NCBI RefSeq assembly: GCF_009914755.1
Contig: NC_060942.1
Length of the DNA: 64,000 nt
Source of the DNA: the human T2T-CHM13v2.0 reference genome, Homo sapiens
Reading direction: 5' to 3' (one strand)
Part shown: positions 14,890 through 30,804 of the stretch, piece after piece
Layout of the letters: each line of letters opens with the position of its first letter
How positions within the stretch are numbered: the stretch's first letter is position 1
Made by a program: the position numbers and the translations under genes
The notes under the pieces: model-generated
The model's input: only the letters and a program-made list of their open reading frames with translations
What the model was told of the DNA's origin: nothing
The model's database searches: none

Positions 14890-16700
14890 AACCGGTTTAT
14901 TGAGAAATAATGAACACACCATGCAAGTCACTCATTTAAAATATACGAGTCATTGACTTTAGTATTTTCAGAGAGTTATGCAGTCATAATTACAATCAAT
15001 TTTAGAATATTTTCATCACCCTGAAAACAAACCCCACATCACTTAGCCATCTTCACTAGTTTTCCCTTCCTCCCCCAGCCGTAGGGAACCACCAACCTCC
15101 TTTATATAGATTTGCCTATAAGCCTCTGAAATAAAAAGCAAGTGGTCTACTGTGACTGGCTTATTTCACTTAGCATAATTTTTCATGCTGCATCTGTGCT
15201 GTAGCAGGTATTGATGTGGGGTTTTTCTCATTAGTTCAGCTACATCTGGGTTCTTCTCTCATGACCAGGAAAAATTAAGCACGCAGACACATTGAAGGGT
15301 GAGGAGGACAGAATTTATTAAGTGAAAGGAAAGCTCTCAGTAAAGAGAGTGGTCCTGCAAACAGGTTTCCACCTCACAATTGAATACCAGGAGCACATGA
15401 GTTGAAGCAGCCAGGCTCCTCCCCTGCATAAGGCATGAATTTCTGGTGGCTCCACCTCATCCCCCCAGTGCATGTGGGCCTCTGGTCTGCTGCAGGCATG
15501 TCCAGGCAAGACAAGTCCAGGTTCCCTTATCTGCACTTAACATCTGGTATAAACACTTGTGGGGCTGGTTGGAGATTCTCCAGGGACCCTTCCATATCTG
15601 CCTAGGCATTTTGCTGTCTCCTCCTAATACAGTATCAGTACTTAATTTCTTCTTATTGCTGAGTGATATTCCATTGTATGGATATATCAAACAGTTTATT
15701 TATCCATTCACCAGGTGATGGACCTTTGGGTTCTTTCCCACCCAAAGGTGATGGACTTTTTGGTTCTTTCCACTTTTTGACTCATATTAGTAACGCTGCT
15801 GTAAACATTTATGTATGAGTTTTTGTGCTTGCATGATTTTTGTTTTTCTGGAGTATATACTTATGACTGGAATTTCTGGGTCATATGGTAACTTCATGCT
15901 TAACCTTTTGAGGAGCTGCCAGTTTGTTTTCCAAAGCGGCTGCATCACTTTACATCCCCAGCAGCACTGGATAAGGGTTTTAATTTCTTTACATTTTTCC
16001 TAACACTTATTTTCTCTTTTTTATTGAACAAAGATTTTATCCTGTGGTGTGAAGTGATACCACATGTGGTTTTGATTTACATTTTCCTAATGACTAATTA
16101 CATCAAGCATCTATTAATGTCCTCATTATCCATCTTTACATCTTCTTTGCAGATACATCTATTCAAAATCTTTGCCCATTTTTAAAATTGAATTATCTTG
16201 TTACTCATGAATTGCAAAGGTTCTTTACATATTCTATGTATGTAAGTCGCTTATCAGGTATATGCTTTTCAAATACTTTCTTCTACTTAGTGTCTTGCCT
16301 TTTCACTTCTTGATGCTGTCTTCTTAGGCACAGCAGTTTTCAATTTTGAAGTCCATTGAGTCCATTTTTCCTTTGGAGTCATAGCTAAGAAAACACTGCC
16401 AAATGCAGTCACAAAGATTTATGCCTGGGTTTTCTTCTGAGAGTTTTATAGTTTTAGCTGTTACAGTTAACTGTTTTATTTTGAGTTAATTTTTTAAAAA
16501 GATATTTGGTCCTAATTTATTTATTTTTTGCATATGGATACCCAGTTGTCCCAGCACCATTTGTTGAAAAGACTCTTCTTTTCCCATTTTGTTCTTTTGT
16601 TAACTTTATATAAAATCAATTGACTGTAAATGCACAAGTTTATTTTTAGATTATCAATTCTTACTTTGTTTATGTCTATTATTATGCCAAGGCCAAAATG
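14890..16700 (-). mobile_element. Old L1M fragment, interrupted by an LTR
   Basis: Antisense L1 3'UTR/ORF2 motifs (gttttccaaagcggctgcatcactttacatccc, cagttgtcccagcaccatttgttgaaaagac); boundaries approximate. Confidence 0.75.
15212..15631 (-). mobile_element. ERV1-class solo LTR (MER4-group-like)
   Basis: TG...CA termini, 4-bp TSD GTAT (15208-15211 / 15632-15635), minus-strand AATAAA at 15314-15319. Confidence 0.8.
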
Positions 16701-17979
16701 AATTTACTGAGAAGTTTTTTTTCAATCATGTTGCATATTACCAGTTGTCTTATGTCATAATAAAAATTAAATTTAGTGGAATATCTTTAATTTCACCTTT
16801 TGTGTCTCAAAGGAGTCTGTGGCCAGCTTATACCTTACTTACTCTAAGACATGATGGGAAGCCAGGCCTATAAGACACACTTTATTTCTTTTTTCTCCCT
16901 TCAAATCTTTAGTCTCTTTTCCATTGCCTCCCACTATAGTTTTGTTTTCAGTAAGTTTTGGTCACAGGATCTGCTGACATAGTCTAATATTTAGTGCATT
17001 ATGTTTTGCTAACTCATTATAATTCATAGAATCTTCCATAGATGTTTACCATCCAGGAAGGAGAAGTTTAAGTCTGAGCCACCAGCTTTCCTCAGTGGAA
17101 ATCAAGTGAAGTCATCATCTTGCAGTTCACAGATCCTCTTTCCACCTGGTAGCTGGTTCTCTTGGGTAGCACTGTGGCTAATCCTTTTCTTGGTGCAGAT
17201 CTTGCATTCTCAGAAACCACAGTTAGCTGTATTGACCGCCTTTTACTGAAACAGAGATGCACAGCTCTGCTTTCTAGCTCAGTAGAGGATTCTTGGAATA
17301 TAAAGTTTAACTCATTCCAAGAAAAGGTCTTAGGAGTGCAGCACTTCAAAATCAGGTAATGTTCAGGCATTTTATCAGAGACACATAGTAGATTAGTATT
17401 TTGACTTTCAAAATTTCAGAGCCAAGTTGTGTGCTATAGAGAAGTCTTGTGGTATAGCATAGAGATGGGATGGTCTTAACTTCTCCAAACAAACAAGCTT
17501 GAAGTAAAGTAAAGGAGAAATTGCATTTGATTGCTTAACACTCAAAGCACTCTATGTTTATTTTACTTCTGTGAAGACTAAAAATCACTTCATAATGTTC
17601 TCCTTATTTCCTCATTGAGAAAAGGAAAATAAAAATTAAATACTAGATTGATTAATAAATACTGAAAGCTTATCTTTTAGAATTTTAGTTAATTCAAATC
17701 AGGTAAATATCTGATTTTGATTGTATAACCAAGTATTTCTAGTTTTTTTTCATACCATATGTCTTCTTCTTGCTTCCCAGTCTTATTTCCTAACTTGAGG
17801 GGAAACCTTAAGGAGACACCCTTGCCTTGTTATCAGAGTTCATAATTGAAGGAGTTTTAGGAAAAGTTTCTCCTCAGCAGCTTATGTCTCTGTCCTGGTT
17901 ATCTGCTGCTTCTCAATAATGTTTGCCATCAATAAATTAACCTCAACATTTATTAGATCCTACTTTAAAGGAGACTCTT

Positions 17980-18420
17980 TTCTGCTGCATAAGTTATGTT
18001 TCCTGTTGTCTCTTTTTAAAACTTATTTTTCTAACAATTACCCAGAGTTTTGTGGCTTAAAAGAAAAATATTTATTTTGTTAATGAACCTGTGGTTTGGA
18101 AAAATCTTGGCTGGGACAGCTCATCTCTACTCCCCTCAGCTTCCCTAGGAACAGCTATCAGTTGGGGAAATGGAATCCTCTGAAGCGTTGCTCACCCACC
18201 TGTTTGATGGTTGATGCTGGCCATTGGCTGGAACCTTGGTTGGGACAGGCAGCATGAACACTGACACTGGCACTGCCAGGTTCTCTTTGTGGCCTGAGTG
18301 CTGTCACAATCTGGTGGCTGGGTTCCAAGGGAAAACAGTCTGAGATAGGTAAGCCACATGGTATCCCTTTTACTGCATTCTATTTATTAGGAGGAAGTCA
18401 GTAAGGTTGGCCCATATTCT
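17980..18420. mobile_element. Possible old MLT1-type LTR
   Basis: ctgctgcataa...acaattacccagag...gtggcttaaaa...ttttactgcattctatt motifs; very diverged. Confidence 0.4.
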
Positions 18421-18449
18421 GTTTTTTTAAATGGGATCAATGTAACTTC

Positions 18450-20185
18450 TCTTTTGTTTTAATTGACACACATATACATAATTATGGGTTATAGAGTGAT
18501 ATTCTGATACATGTAAATAGGGTGTAATGATCAAGCTAACTAGCACATTTACTACAACCATTTTTCATTTCTTTGAATTGTGAACATTCACAATCTTCTG
18601 GCTTTTTAAAAATATACAATAAATCATAGTTAACCATATTCACCCTACAGTGCCGCAGAACACCAGAACTCCTTCTTATCTAACTGTAATTCTATATCCA
18701 TTAACCAACCTACCTTCCCCTACTTCTTTGAGATTTTTGTTGTTGTTAAGAGACAGGGTCTTGCTAGTGTAGTCTGGGCTCTGGGCAACTGTAGTCACCC
18801 AGACGGGAGACAGTGGTTTGATCATAGTTCACTGCAGCCCCCAACTCTTGGGCTCATGTGATCCTCACACCTCAGCCTCCTGAGAAGCTAGGATTATGAG
18901 CATGCACCATTGCACCAGTCTGATTTTTGACTTTATAGAAATATCTCCCTATGCTGCCCAGATGCTCTGGAACTTTTGGCCTCAAGTGACTCTCCTGCCT
19001 TTGTCTTTCTAAGTGCTAGGAAATTACAGGCATCAGCCATGTTGCCCAGGCCTCAATTTTTCTTTAGCTCCCACACAGGAGTGAGAATGTGCAGTATTTA
19101 TCTTTCTGTGTCTGCACTTAACATAACATCCTCCAGACTGATCCACGTGGCCACGATGACAGGATTTAATTCCTTTATATGGTGAATAGTATTCCATTGT
19201 GTATGTGTGCCACAGTTTTTTGTCTTTTCATTTGGTGATGGATATGTAGGTTGATTCCATACATTAGCCGTTGTGAATAGTGCTACAATAAACATATGAG
19301 GACAGGTATCCTTTTGATCTATTGTTTTCTTTTCTATTGCCTGAATACCCAGTAGTGGGCTTGCTGGATCCCTCGGCAGTTCCATTATTAATTTTTTGAG
19401 GAAACCTCGTGTTGTTTTCTATAGTGGCTGCACTAATTTACCTTCCCACCAACAGCACGTAAGAGTTTACTGTTCTCTGGAACCTCTCCGGCATTTTTTT
19501 TTTTATCTTTTCAATGATAATAGTTTATTCAAGTTGAAGCAAGATTATATCATATTGTAGATTTGATTTGTGTTTCTCTGAGGGTTAGTGATCCTGAGCA
19601 TTGTTAAATTTATTTATTGGCTATTTGTATTTCTTTTTTCTAAAAAAAAGTATAGTTAGATATTTTGCCCAATTTTGAACTCAGATTTTTTTTCACTGTC
19701 AAGTTGTTTGAATTTCTTGTACATTTTGGATATTAGTCCCTTATTAGATTAATAGCTTGATGATATTTTCTCCCATTCTACAAGTTTTCTCTTCACTCAG
19801 TTGTTAGCTGGACAGAAGCTTTTTAGCTTAATGTAGTACCATTTGTCTATCATTTGTTTTTTGCCTATGATTCTGATATCTTACCCATAAAAATCTTTGT
19901 GCAGACTGTCCTCAAGAATTTTCCCTGTTTACTTATAGTAGTTTGATAATTTTGGGCCTTACATTTCAGTCTTCAATTGATTCTGAGTTTATGTTGTTAT
20001 ATGGTGTTACATAGGAAGCTAGTATCATTCTTCTCCATATGGATATTTAGTTTTCCCGGTGCCATTCATTTGAAGAGGCTGTCCTTTCCCCAGTGTATGT
20101 TCTTGCCACGTTCATCCAAAATCACTTGGCTGGAAATATGTGGATTTATTTCTGGGTGCTGTATTCTATGGCATTTACCCCAAGA
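18450..20185 (-). mobile_element. L1 (L1MA/PB-like) fragment with a nested Alu
   Basis: Antisense L1 3' and ORF2 motifs; ORF 19098..19385 gives an L1 ORF2 C-terminal-like peptide (DTCPHMFIVALFTTANVWNQP). Confidence 0.8.
18735..19052 (-). mobile_element. Alu (AluJ-like)
   Basis: gagacagggtcttgct...cactgcagcc...ggcctcaagtga...ttacaggcatcagcc. Confidence 0.8.
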
Positions 20186-20283
20186 ATCATTACTTCTTAA
20201 AATGCAACTCAAATTAGCATGAAACATTTGCAGTTTAAGGAAAGGCTTATGGCATCAGAATACTTATTTATAGGATTCATTAT

Positions 20284-20578
20284 TTTGTGTTTTTTTGAGA
20301 TAGGGTCTTTGTCTGTCATCCAGGCAGAAGGGCAGTGATGTGGTCATAATTCACTGCAACCCTGAACTCTGGTACAAGCTATCCTTTTGCCTCAGTCTCC
20401 TAAATAGCTGGGTCTTCAGACATGAGCCACCATGCCTGGCTAATTTAAAAAAAATTTTTTTTGTAGAGATGGGGCCTCACTATGTTGCTCTGGCTGATCT
20501 CAAATTCCTGGCCTCAAGTAATCTTTCTGCCACAGCTTTTTAAAGTGCTAGGATTACAGGCATGAGCCACCATGCCTA
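20284..20578 (-). mobile_element. Alu (AluJ-like)
   Basis: tttttgagatagggtct...ttttgtagagatgggg...ggattacaggcatgagccacc. Confidence 0.85.
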
Positions 20579-20928
20579 GTATAGAGTGTTATATTATTTT
20601 CAAAGTCTTATTCCTAGAGCCATTTATTGACTTTGGCTTAAATAACTCAATGTGATATTTCTGAAACTTTTTTTGACATATTATGGGGAATGATAATGAG
20701 GGAAGGGGGATAGACACTTTTTACTAAGAGATAGCTTAGTGCCACTTAAGGAGGAACAAAAATAAATTATCAGAAAAATAAAAGTAAAATGAAGTGCAAA
20801 AGTTCTGTGGCAAAGATGATGATAGTTAAATAATGTATTTTTGTGACTCATGGTAGCTTTAACTTTGTTCTTAAAATTCTGAGTAATTTAAGGGTTCACA
20901 TTTGAAGAATCTACTGCACTACACATAA

Positions 20929-21415
<487 letters not shown>

Positions 21416-21902
21416 TAGCAATTTACTTTGTAGAGTTTTAGAAAAAAAAGGCATCTGTTTTTTCTTTTAAATATTTAAATTTCCATTATTATTATAACAA
21501 AATCAACCTTTCAGAGTAATGATTCTTACTATGGAGTCATTTGATGATTAAGACCAGTTGGCATAAGAAAAAGTTGTGATTTAGAAATTATGTGATACTT
21601 TTGAATTGGTCTTAAGCTACATTGTTCGTTGATCACTTTTTAAAATTATGAATGGATTCTATTGCTTTTTTTATGACCAGATTACATTAATACTAACATA
21701 ATTATGATTTCAAATTTTTATGAATCAGACTTAATTCTGAATTCAGTTATTAGTTTTGATACTACTGATAAACATTTTAAGCTTCAGCCTCTTTTTTTAA
21801 CAGATTCAAAATTGCTCTTTGAATCACTGGCTCAAAATGAAAGACAACAAACATATAATAATTAGGTTATAATTGTTTTAAAAGTATATTCATTTGTTTT
21901 AG

Positions 21903-22115
<213 letters not shown>

Positions 22116-23380
22116 TAAGTCCAAACATACACTCATAGAAAATGAATTCAGCTCATTAATTTGTTTTGAAAGCATAATTTTTAGTGAGATGGCTTCAGGA
22201 TATTAGTAGGAAGTGAATGCTAATTTGACAATGTAATTTTGGAAAATAATGTTAGTAAGTAATCTTACCTTTAAAATGTTAGTCAAGGATAGTTTCTGTC
22301 TCTCCTCTCATTTTTTTTTTTTTTTTGCTTTTGTATGGCTTTTTTCCCCTGAAAAGTCTCTTGTAGTTAATCTGTTAGTTTTTTTTACTAAGTATTTTTG
22401 AAGCTTTATAATTAATAAAGTGATCTTGTTTTAAATTACTTGTCAGAATTTCCCTAAATAGTAATATTAATGAGTTTATTTTTCAGTAGATCACGACCTA
22501 AACCCAAGTGTCAAGTGGTACTGCTACTCTGGGCACAATCGTTTTTGATTGTGATCTTTAGTATTATCAATAGAAGGTGCCTCAAGAAAGACTATTTGTG
22601 TAACATATTCAAGATGTTATAGAAAGGCATCCTTATGAAATAGGGAACAATTATCACAGGAATTTAAAGAAGTGTAATTCACAAAGTGGTTAAAAAATAA
22701 CACCTTGTTCAGTCTGAAGGGGTGTGTGGAAGGCAAAAAGAACAAGCCCCACCTCCAGTGCCTTGGTCACAGTGCTGGGGGCTAATTGCCTTCAGAGATG
22801 CTTTAGTTCTTTTTGATCAACAACCAAACAATCTAGTTCTCCCCTAGGAGTTGTTGCTCTGAATTATTCCTCATTACCAAATGTTTAATTGGTCCTAGAT
22901 AATTGGTGAAATGTACAGGGGTGAAACCTAAAACTGGTTTACTAAACACAAGTATTCCTAGATTTTTTTTGTTCATTTTAGTTTTGTTAACCTACATTAA
23001 GGAGTACAACATGATGTTTTGATATAATTATTTCTAGTGAAGTGGTTCTTATAATCAAGCAAATCAACATATTCCTTTTCCCATGTTGTTACCCTTTAAA
23101 TACAAGTATTTCAAATGGAATCTTCAGAATCTTACAAGTAGAGCCATTTTAGAAGGCAGCAAGTTTTATCTGTTGAGCCATACATCACTGGTAGCCATTT
23201 CTCTTCCCTGTCTACTTTGTTTGAGCTGCTTGTTCAGTATAAATCACCTTAGAAACAAAGGTGCTTCTTTAGAATGATTTTCAAAGTATAATTCCTTACA
23301 ACAGGTATGCTCTCACACATCTTCAGTGTGAAAACACTGTTTAGTGGGTAATTTGGTTTACTCTCAGGGCAAGTTTTTAA

Positions 23381-23698
<318 letters not shown>

Positions 23699-24030
23699 TA
23701 GGGTTTCATTTCTCTAGTGTAATTCTTGTTTTTAATTTGGTGAAATACTCAGTTGTTCTGTTGACTTTTGCATGTTAAGTAAAGATCATAATTAGCTGTG
23801 TTAACACAGAAAGGAAATGGGAACTTTACATTTTTTAATTCTCTGGAGCTCTCATTTTTGAGAGATATCCATTTGCTAACTTTATTCAATAAATGTGACT
23901 AAACTGACACATTTAAAATGTCTTTAAAAGCTGCATTTAAGTTAGGTTTTAGAAATTGCATGTTATTGTCTTATAACTGATGATATACTTTGAGATACTT
24001 TGGCTTACTCTCTAGTTGATTGTAGTTTAG

Positions 24031-24689
<659 letters not shown>

Positions 24690-24867
24690 GTTTATTTGCA
24701 TCATCTCAACTCTTCCCACCCATAATCACAACTGAATGATTGACATCCAAACACTTTACCACATATGGATGTTTATTATTTAGTAGAATCCAAAATAATT
24801 GCATTTTATGAATTAAACCAAACACTAAAATGTTCATTTCCATTTTTATGTTAAAAGCTTTGTGCTT

Positions 24868-25168
24868 GGCCAGGCACGGTGGCTCACACTTGTAATCCCA
24901 AAATTTGGGGAGGCTGAGGCAGGTGAATCACCTGAGGTCAGGAGTTTGAGACCAGCCTGGTCAACATGATGAAACCTGTCTCTAGTAAAAATACAAAAAT
25001 TAGCAAGGCATGTTGGCAGGCATGTGTAATCTCAGATACTCAGGAGGCTGAGGCAGGAGAATCACTTGAACCCAGGAGACAGAGGTTGCAGTAAGCCAAG
25101 ATCATACCACTGCACCACAGCCTGGGTGATGGAGACTCCGTCTCAAAAAAAAAAAAAAAAAAAAAAAA
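24868..25168 (+). mobile_element. Alu (AluS-like)
   Basis: Full dimer plus polyA; flanked by ...ttgtgctt TSD-like repeats. Confidence 0.92.
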
Positions 25169-25204
25169 GGCTTGTGCTTTTCTTACATAAGAGTACATCT
25201 TCTG

Positions 25205-26350
25205 ACTATAAAAATCCTGGAAGAAAACCTAGGAAATACTCTTCTAGACATCATATTTGTCAATTTATGGCTAAGTCCTCAAAAGCAATTGCAAGAATAA
25301 CAAAAATTGACAAGTGTGATCTAATTTAGCTAAAGAGCTTCTGCACAGCACGAGAAACTATCACGGGATTAAACAGACAGCCTAAAGAATGGAAGAAAAT
25401 ATTCACAAACTATGGGTATAGCAAATGCCTATTATCCTATTATCCAGAATCTATAAGAGACCTAAACAAATCAACAAGCAAAAAATAAATAACACCATTA
25501 AAATTGGGCAAAGGACATGAACAGACACTTCTCAAAATAACACATGTAAGTGGCCAACAAACATTAACAAATGCTTACCATTGCTAATCATCAGAAAAAT
25601 GCCAAACAAAACGTCAGTGAGATACCATTTCACACCAATCAGAATGACTTTTATTAAAAAGTAAAAAAAAAAAAAAAAAAAAAGATGTTGGGGAGGCTGT
25701 GGAGAAAAGGGAACACACACCGTTTGTGGCAATGTAAATTAATTCAGCTACTATGGACAGCAGTTTGGAAATTAAGAACTAAGAATGACCATTGGATGCA
25801 GCAACCCCGTTACTATACTAGGGGTATACTGAAAGGACAATAAATAATTGTAACAAAAAGATGCATGAACATGTATGTTCATTGCAGCATTATTCACAAT
25901 AGCAAAGACATGGAGTCAATCCAAGTGCATCCAAGGTAGATTGAAAATCCAAGGTAGATTGGAAAATTCCATATATACCATGGAATATTAAGCAGCCATA
26001 AAAAGAACAAAATCACATCATTTGCAGCAACATGGATACAGCTGGAATCCACTCTCCTAAGCAAACCAATGCAGAAACAGAAACCAAGTATCTCATGTTT
26101 TCACTCATGTGGAAGCTACACATTGGGTGCACATTGTCATAAACATGGGAATAATAGACACTAGGAAATAAAAGCAGGGAGGGACAGAGTGGGCCAGGGT
26201 TGAAAAATTACTTACTGGGTCCTACGCTTACTACCTGTGTGATGGGCTCAACTGTACTGCAAACCTCGGCATCCCTCAATATGCCTTTGGAAGAATCCTA
26301 CAGAGGTACCACCTAAATTTAGAATACAAACTAAAAAAAAAGAAAAGAAA
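25205..26350 (+). mobile_element. 5'-truncated primate L1 (ORF2 end, 3'UTR, A tail)
   Basis: caaaagcaattgca...aaaattgacaag...aaagagcttctgcacagca...gtatgttcattgcagcattattcacaatagcaaagacatgga; ends in an A-rich tail. Confidence 0.88.
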
Positions 26351-26402
26351 AGTTTACTATAAGTAGAGAATAGAAATTTCTTTTTAAGATAAAATTTATT
26401 GA

Positions 26403-26801
<399 letters not shown>

Positions 26802-27107
26802 ATTGTTTAACCTTTGTACTAATAAAACACTACCTTTCTAAAATCATGTATATGCAATAGATCAATATTAACTGTATTTTTGTCCGATTACTCTAAACAG
26901 CATTACACATATACATCCTCTGTTACCTAAACTTAAAATAAGTAGAAATTTTACTTTATTTATGTGATTATTTTTCTATTTAAGCAAACTTCAAGTTATG
27001 TCTAGTCACTAAAAATACTAAAGGCCACATTTTGTAAATGATACATTATTTTCATGATAATGTTTCTTGTTTAACTTAAACATTATTATTATTTTTACTT
27101 ATTTTAG

Positions 27108-27179
27108 ATGGAGCTGGACTGTGTAGAACAAATAATTAGAGAAACAAAGAGAAGTATGTTGCCAAAATTTATTAATTAA
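27108..27179 (+). pseudogene. ANKRD-like penultimate or alternative last exon
   Basis: attttag|ATG; MELDCVEQIIRETKR, then donor GTATGT at 27154, or read-through SMLPKFIN* with AATAAA at 27198-27203. Confidence 0.8.
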
Positions 27180-28320
27180 ATTTAGGTTTATTTTAGAAAT
27201 AAAGTGTAAATAGCAAATGGCATTCCTTTTCATTCTTGGGTTAGTAGATACTACGTCAAGTATTTTTTTTCTTACACACATCTAATGAAAGATGTGAAAA
27301 CAAAAACTTTCACAGAGAAGACTGTACTTATGCACCATAAATTCATCATGTTCTGTAGCTTAAAAAATTCCCAAGAAGTCTGTGCATCTCTTTTTCACTG
27401 GCTCTACACTTTCTTAAGTTTTGCCATCCTCATGGAACTGTCAGCCAGCACACCGAAACGATTCTCAGAAAACACAGGCATCATCAAGTTCTCAGGGTTT
27501 TGGTAGAAATTGAAGGTCAACAGACCTCAGACTCATTCAGAAATGCTTAGTTGAGCCATAACCCTTCATAAGCAGTCACTTGACAGGTGACATTTTAAAT
27601 CTCCTGTCATTTACTGTGTCATTGGCTTACACTTGTTCTCAGGAAACATTCCAGATTTTTCACCATGAAATAAAAACACCCATGTCAATGTAATTCTTGT
27701 CAAGTTACTCAGCCTTGTCTCTCACCACTTACTGCACTCTGCCCTTTGCTCTAGCCCAAACTGGATGGAGTGGAACTCTGCAGGGCTCTTCCTCACCTCA
27801 GGCTCTTTGCCTTTGCCTCTTCCCTCTATCTGGCAAGCTTTTCCTTGTCTTTCAGGTATCAACCTATGTTATCTCCTCCATCAGAAAGCCCATGATATTG
27901 ACATAAAAGTGGGTAGGTGTCCCTTCTGTGTTTTCCAGCAGTGCCCTGCTGTATACATGTCGTGGTATCTATGACTCTATATGGACATTACCTGCCTGTC
28001 TGTTTTTTTAGGTTATAGCATATGACTGTTGAGAGGTGGACCACACCATCTTCATCTTGTAATTCCAGTGCTGGTTCTAGTACCTTGGCACATGGCTGTT
28101 GATTACATGAATGAAGAATGAAAAAGCTCTGATGTTTAAACACAATTAGAATTAATGCCATGTGTAAATTATTAAATAGTAATTTTGTATTGTAAATGTA
28201 CATACATATTTCTCATACTTATTAACTCTGATAAAGTTCACAACTCTTTAGTTTTTAAACTCACACTAGTTAACTGAAGTGTTTTAGGTAAAGGACATAA
28301 TTCTTTATTTTTCTTTCTAG

Positions 28321-28439
28321 CTGTTGCTGTGTTGGACACTTGCTCCCATCTATTTTCTTCTCTAGAATCCACTGGTAAGCCACATCTAATGAAGAGAATA
28401 TTTAACCATAAAGTTTTAAGGAAAAATTGTATGATTTAA
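28321..28439 (+). pseudogene. ANKRD26-like terminal coding exon
   Basis: ttctttctag|CT in the phase left by the 27153 donor; TVAVLDTCSHLFSSLEST...KVLRKNCMI* resembles the ANKRD26 C-terminus I recall (VLKKNYMI). Confidence 0.7.
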
Positions 28440-29759
28440 AAGATTATAAAACTTTATTACTGGGCTATTTACACATTTTAATTGTTTCTCATAAAATATA
28501 TAACATTACAATATTTATGGAAGTAGGATATTTTTGTATCATATGTACGATGATAATTTATAGGGTATTTTAAATGATGTTTTTTAGCCTCCTTAAGTTT
28601 TAAGTGGATCTTGCAAATGAAAACAAGTATTATTGAGTTTGACATACTCAAATTGCCCAAATATCAGCTGTTTAAACAACCAAGTCATCATTGATACTTT
28701 AGTAAAGGTTAGTAAATGTCATCAAAGGCTTATTTGCAGTTTACAGTTTTTATTACTTAGGAGACTTAAGGAGTACCTGCCAGGTTTGTCCATGCTAATG
28801 CTACGATTTTGTTTTTGTAGTTCAACCATATTTTGTATGGAGATACTTTGAGGCTCTGTAAATTTCTGGTTACTCCTCAGAACCCACTAGATTTAGCATT
28901 TCATGGATGACTTGTGTTTGAACAATTATTACTATAATGGTTGCCAGATGATTATTTTCTTATTCTCTTCTTTGTTCTACATGGAGAAATAAAACCAATA
29001 AATAAGGGAGAAGGAAAGCTCATGATTCTGATGCTCCAATTCCCCAAGATTAGGCCAGTGGTAGACATTCCAAGCTGACTTGATGTGTTTTTGATTTGTC
29101 TCCATTACTCTGTCAGCACTTTTTTACTTTCTGGCACAAGATGTTCTAAGCTAATCTTGTATTTTCTCTGCCACAGCCCTGGAATGAGTCATTTTTTTTA
29201 GAAGCAGAGGTGGAGCCACTGAGGAAGCACAGGCGAGCCCTCCCCAGCGTGTACTCACTGGTCCCCAACAGAAGAACAGCTGCCGCATCCACTGAGGTAC
29301 CAAGAAACTAGCAAAGGGCCTTCTGGCTGTCTGGGGACAGTCCTCATGTGGTCCCTGGCTCAGCCTCAGAGGTTCTGGATTAGTCTTCCTGTAGCCTCTG
29401 TGCTGTCTTTAGATCGGGGCTCTGTGGGAAGGGCCCTGGGAGACCCAACAGCACAGGGTGTCTCATCTGCCAAATGTCCCTCCCTTCCTAACACTCTGAC
29501 ACTCAGGAATAGGGTAGATGGCGTGTCCAGGCAGTGCCAGGCCACCTCACTGTCTCCTTTGAGATGGGCCCAGAGGGCCTTTAGGGTGAGTGTGGAGCTG
29601 GGAACCTGGAGCCTGAGGCTGACTGTCTCTCCCTGTGTCTTGGAGGAAAGGCCATTTCCCAAAACAAACCGCAGGGCCTGACCTCTGAGCACACATGCAG
29701 GGAGGGAGGGTCTGTGAGCTGAGGGGGACATTGTAATAAGACTTTGAGCATGACTGCTC

Positions 29760-30370
29760 AGGGGCCTGGTCAGTGGCCCATGGTCAGAGGTGACCTGGTC
29801 ATCAGGACCTAGTCATTTGGGACCTCATCAGCAGGTGCCTGGTTAGTGGTGGGCTCCTCAGTAAAGGCCTCATCAGTGGGGACCTGGTGACCTAGTCATT
29901 GGAAGCCTGGTCAGTGGGGGGACCTAGTCAGTGGTGGCCTTATTAGTGGGGCCTGATTGGTTGGAACATAAACAATGAAAAACTGGTTGGTGGGGCATAT
30001 ATAGTATACCAGGGGCCTGGTCAGTGTGGGGCCTTGGTGGCTTGGAGCCTGGTCAGTGAGGGCCTGGTCAGAGGTGGCTTGGTCAGCTGGGGTCTCATCT
30101 ATAGAGAATTGTTCAGTGGGGGGTCGGCTGAGCAGCAACCTGGTAAATAGTGGTCTTGTCAGTGGGAACCCGGTCTTGTCACTGGGGACCAGGTCAGTGG
30201 AAAATTGGTCAGTGGAGTCTGGCCCATGAGGCCTATTAAGTGCGGGCCTGGTTAGGAAGACATGGTCAGTGGGGACTTGATCAGTGGGACCTGGTCAATG
30301 GAGGAGTGGTCATTAGGGGCCTCATCACTGGGAACCTGGTCAGCGGCGGTTGGTCAGTACCTGGCCCGCT
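29760..30370. repeat. Degenerate ~15-bp tandem repeat (ggggcctggtcagtg)
   Basis: Dozens of diverged cctggtcagtggg copies in about 600 bp. Confidence 0.75.
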
Positions 30371-30730
30371 GGCCACTGTGTGACCTCAGGTAGGGGGTTT
30401 GTCTGTGGAGCCTCATGTCCATCTGCAGGGAAGGTGAGTCAGGGCACCCTGGAGGGTGGCTGGAAAGAGAAGGTGAGAAGATGTGTTGAATCCAATACTG
30501 CTTGGCAGACCTACAACTTTACAAATGACCTGTGTTCCACCTAGAGAGGGTGCCAGCCCTCTCAGCATTATGCAGTGCCCCTCCTCTGTCTGCATCCCCA
30601 GGACCACCATGGGTGGGGAGGTCAGAGATTGGGGAGCACCTATAGAGGCTCTAATGCTCTAAGGTGACAGTGATGAGGACCTGGGTGCACCCATGAGTGG
30701 AGAAGCTAGGCCTGTCCAGAGAAGCAAGAC

Positions 30731-30804
30731 AAACACACACATATGTGCGCGCACACACACACACACAGGCACACATGCATACACAAACACATTGCATGCA
30801 CACA
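30731..30804. repeat. Imperfect (CA)n microsatellite
   Basis: Direct reading of the sequence. Confidence 0.85.
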
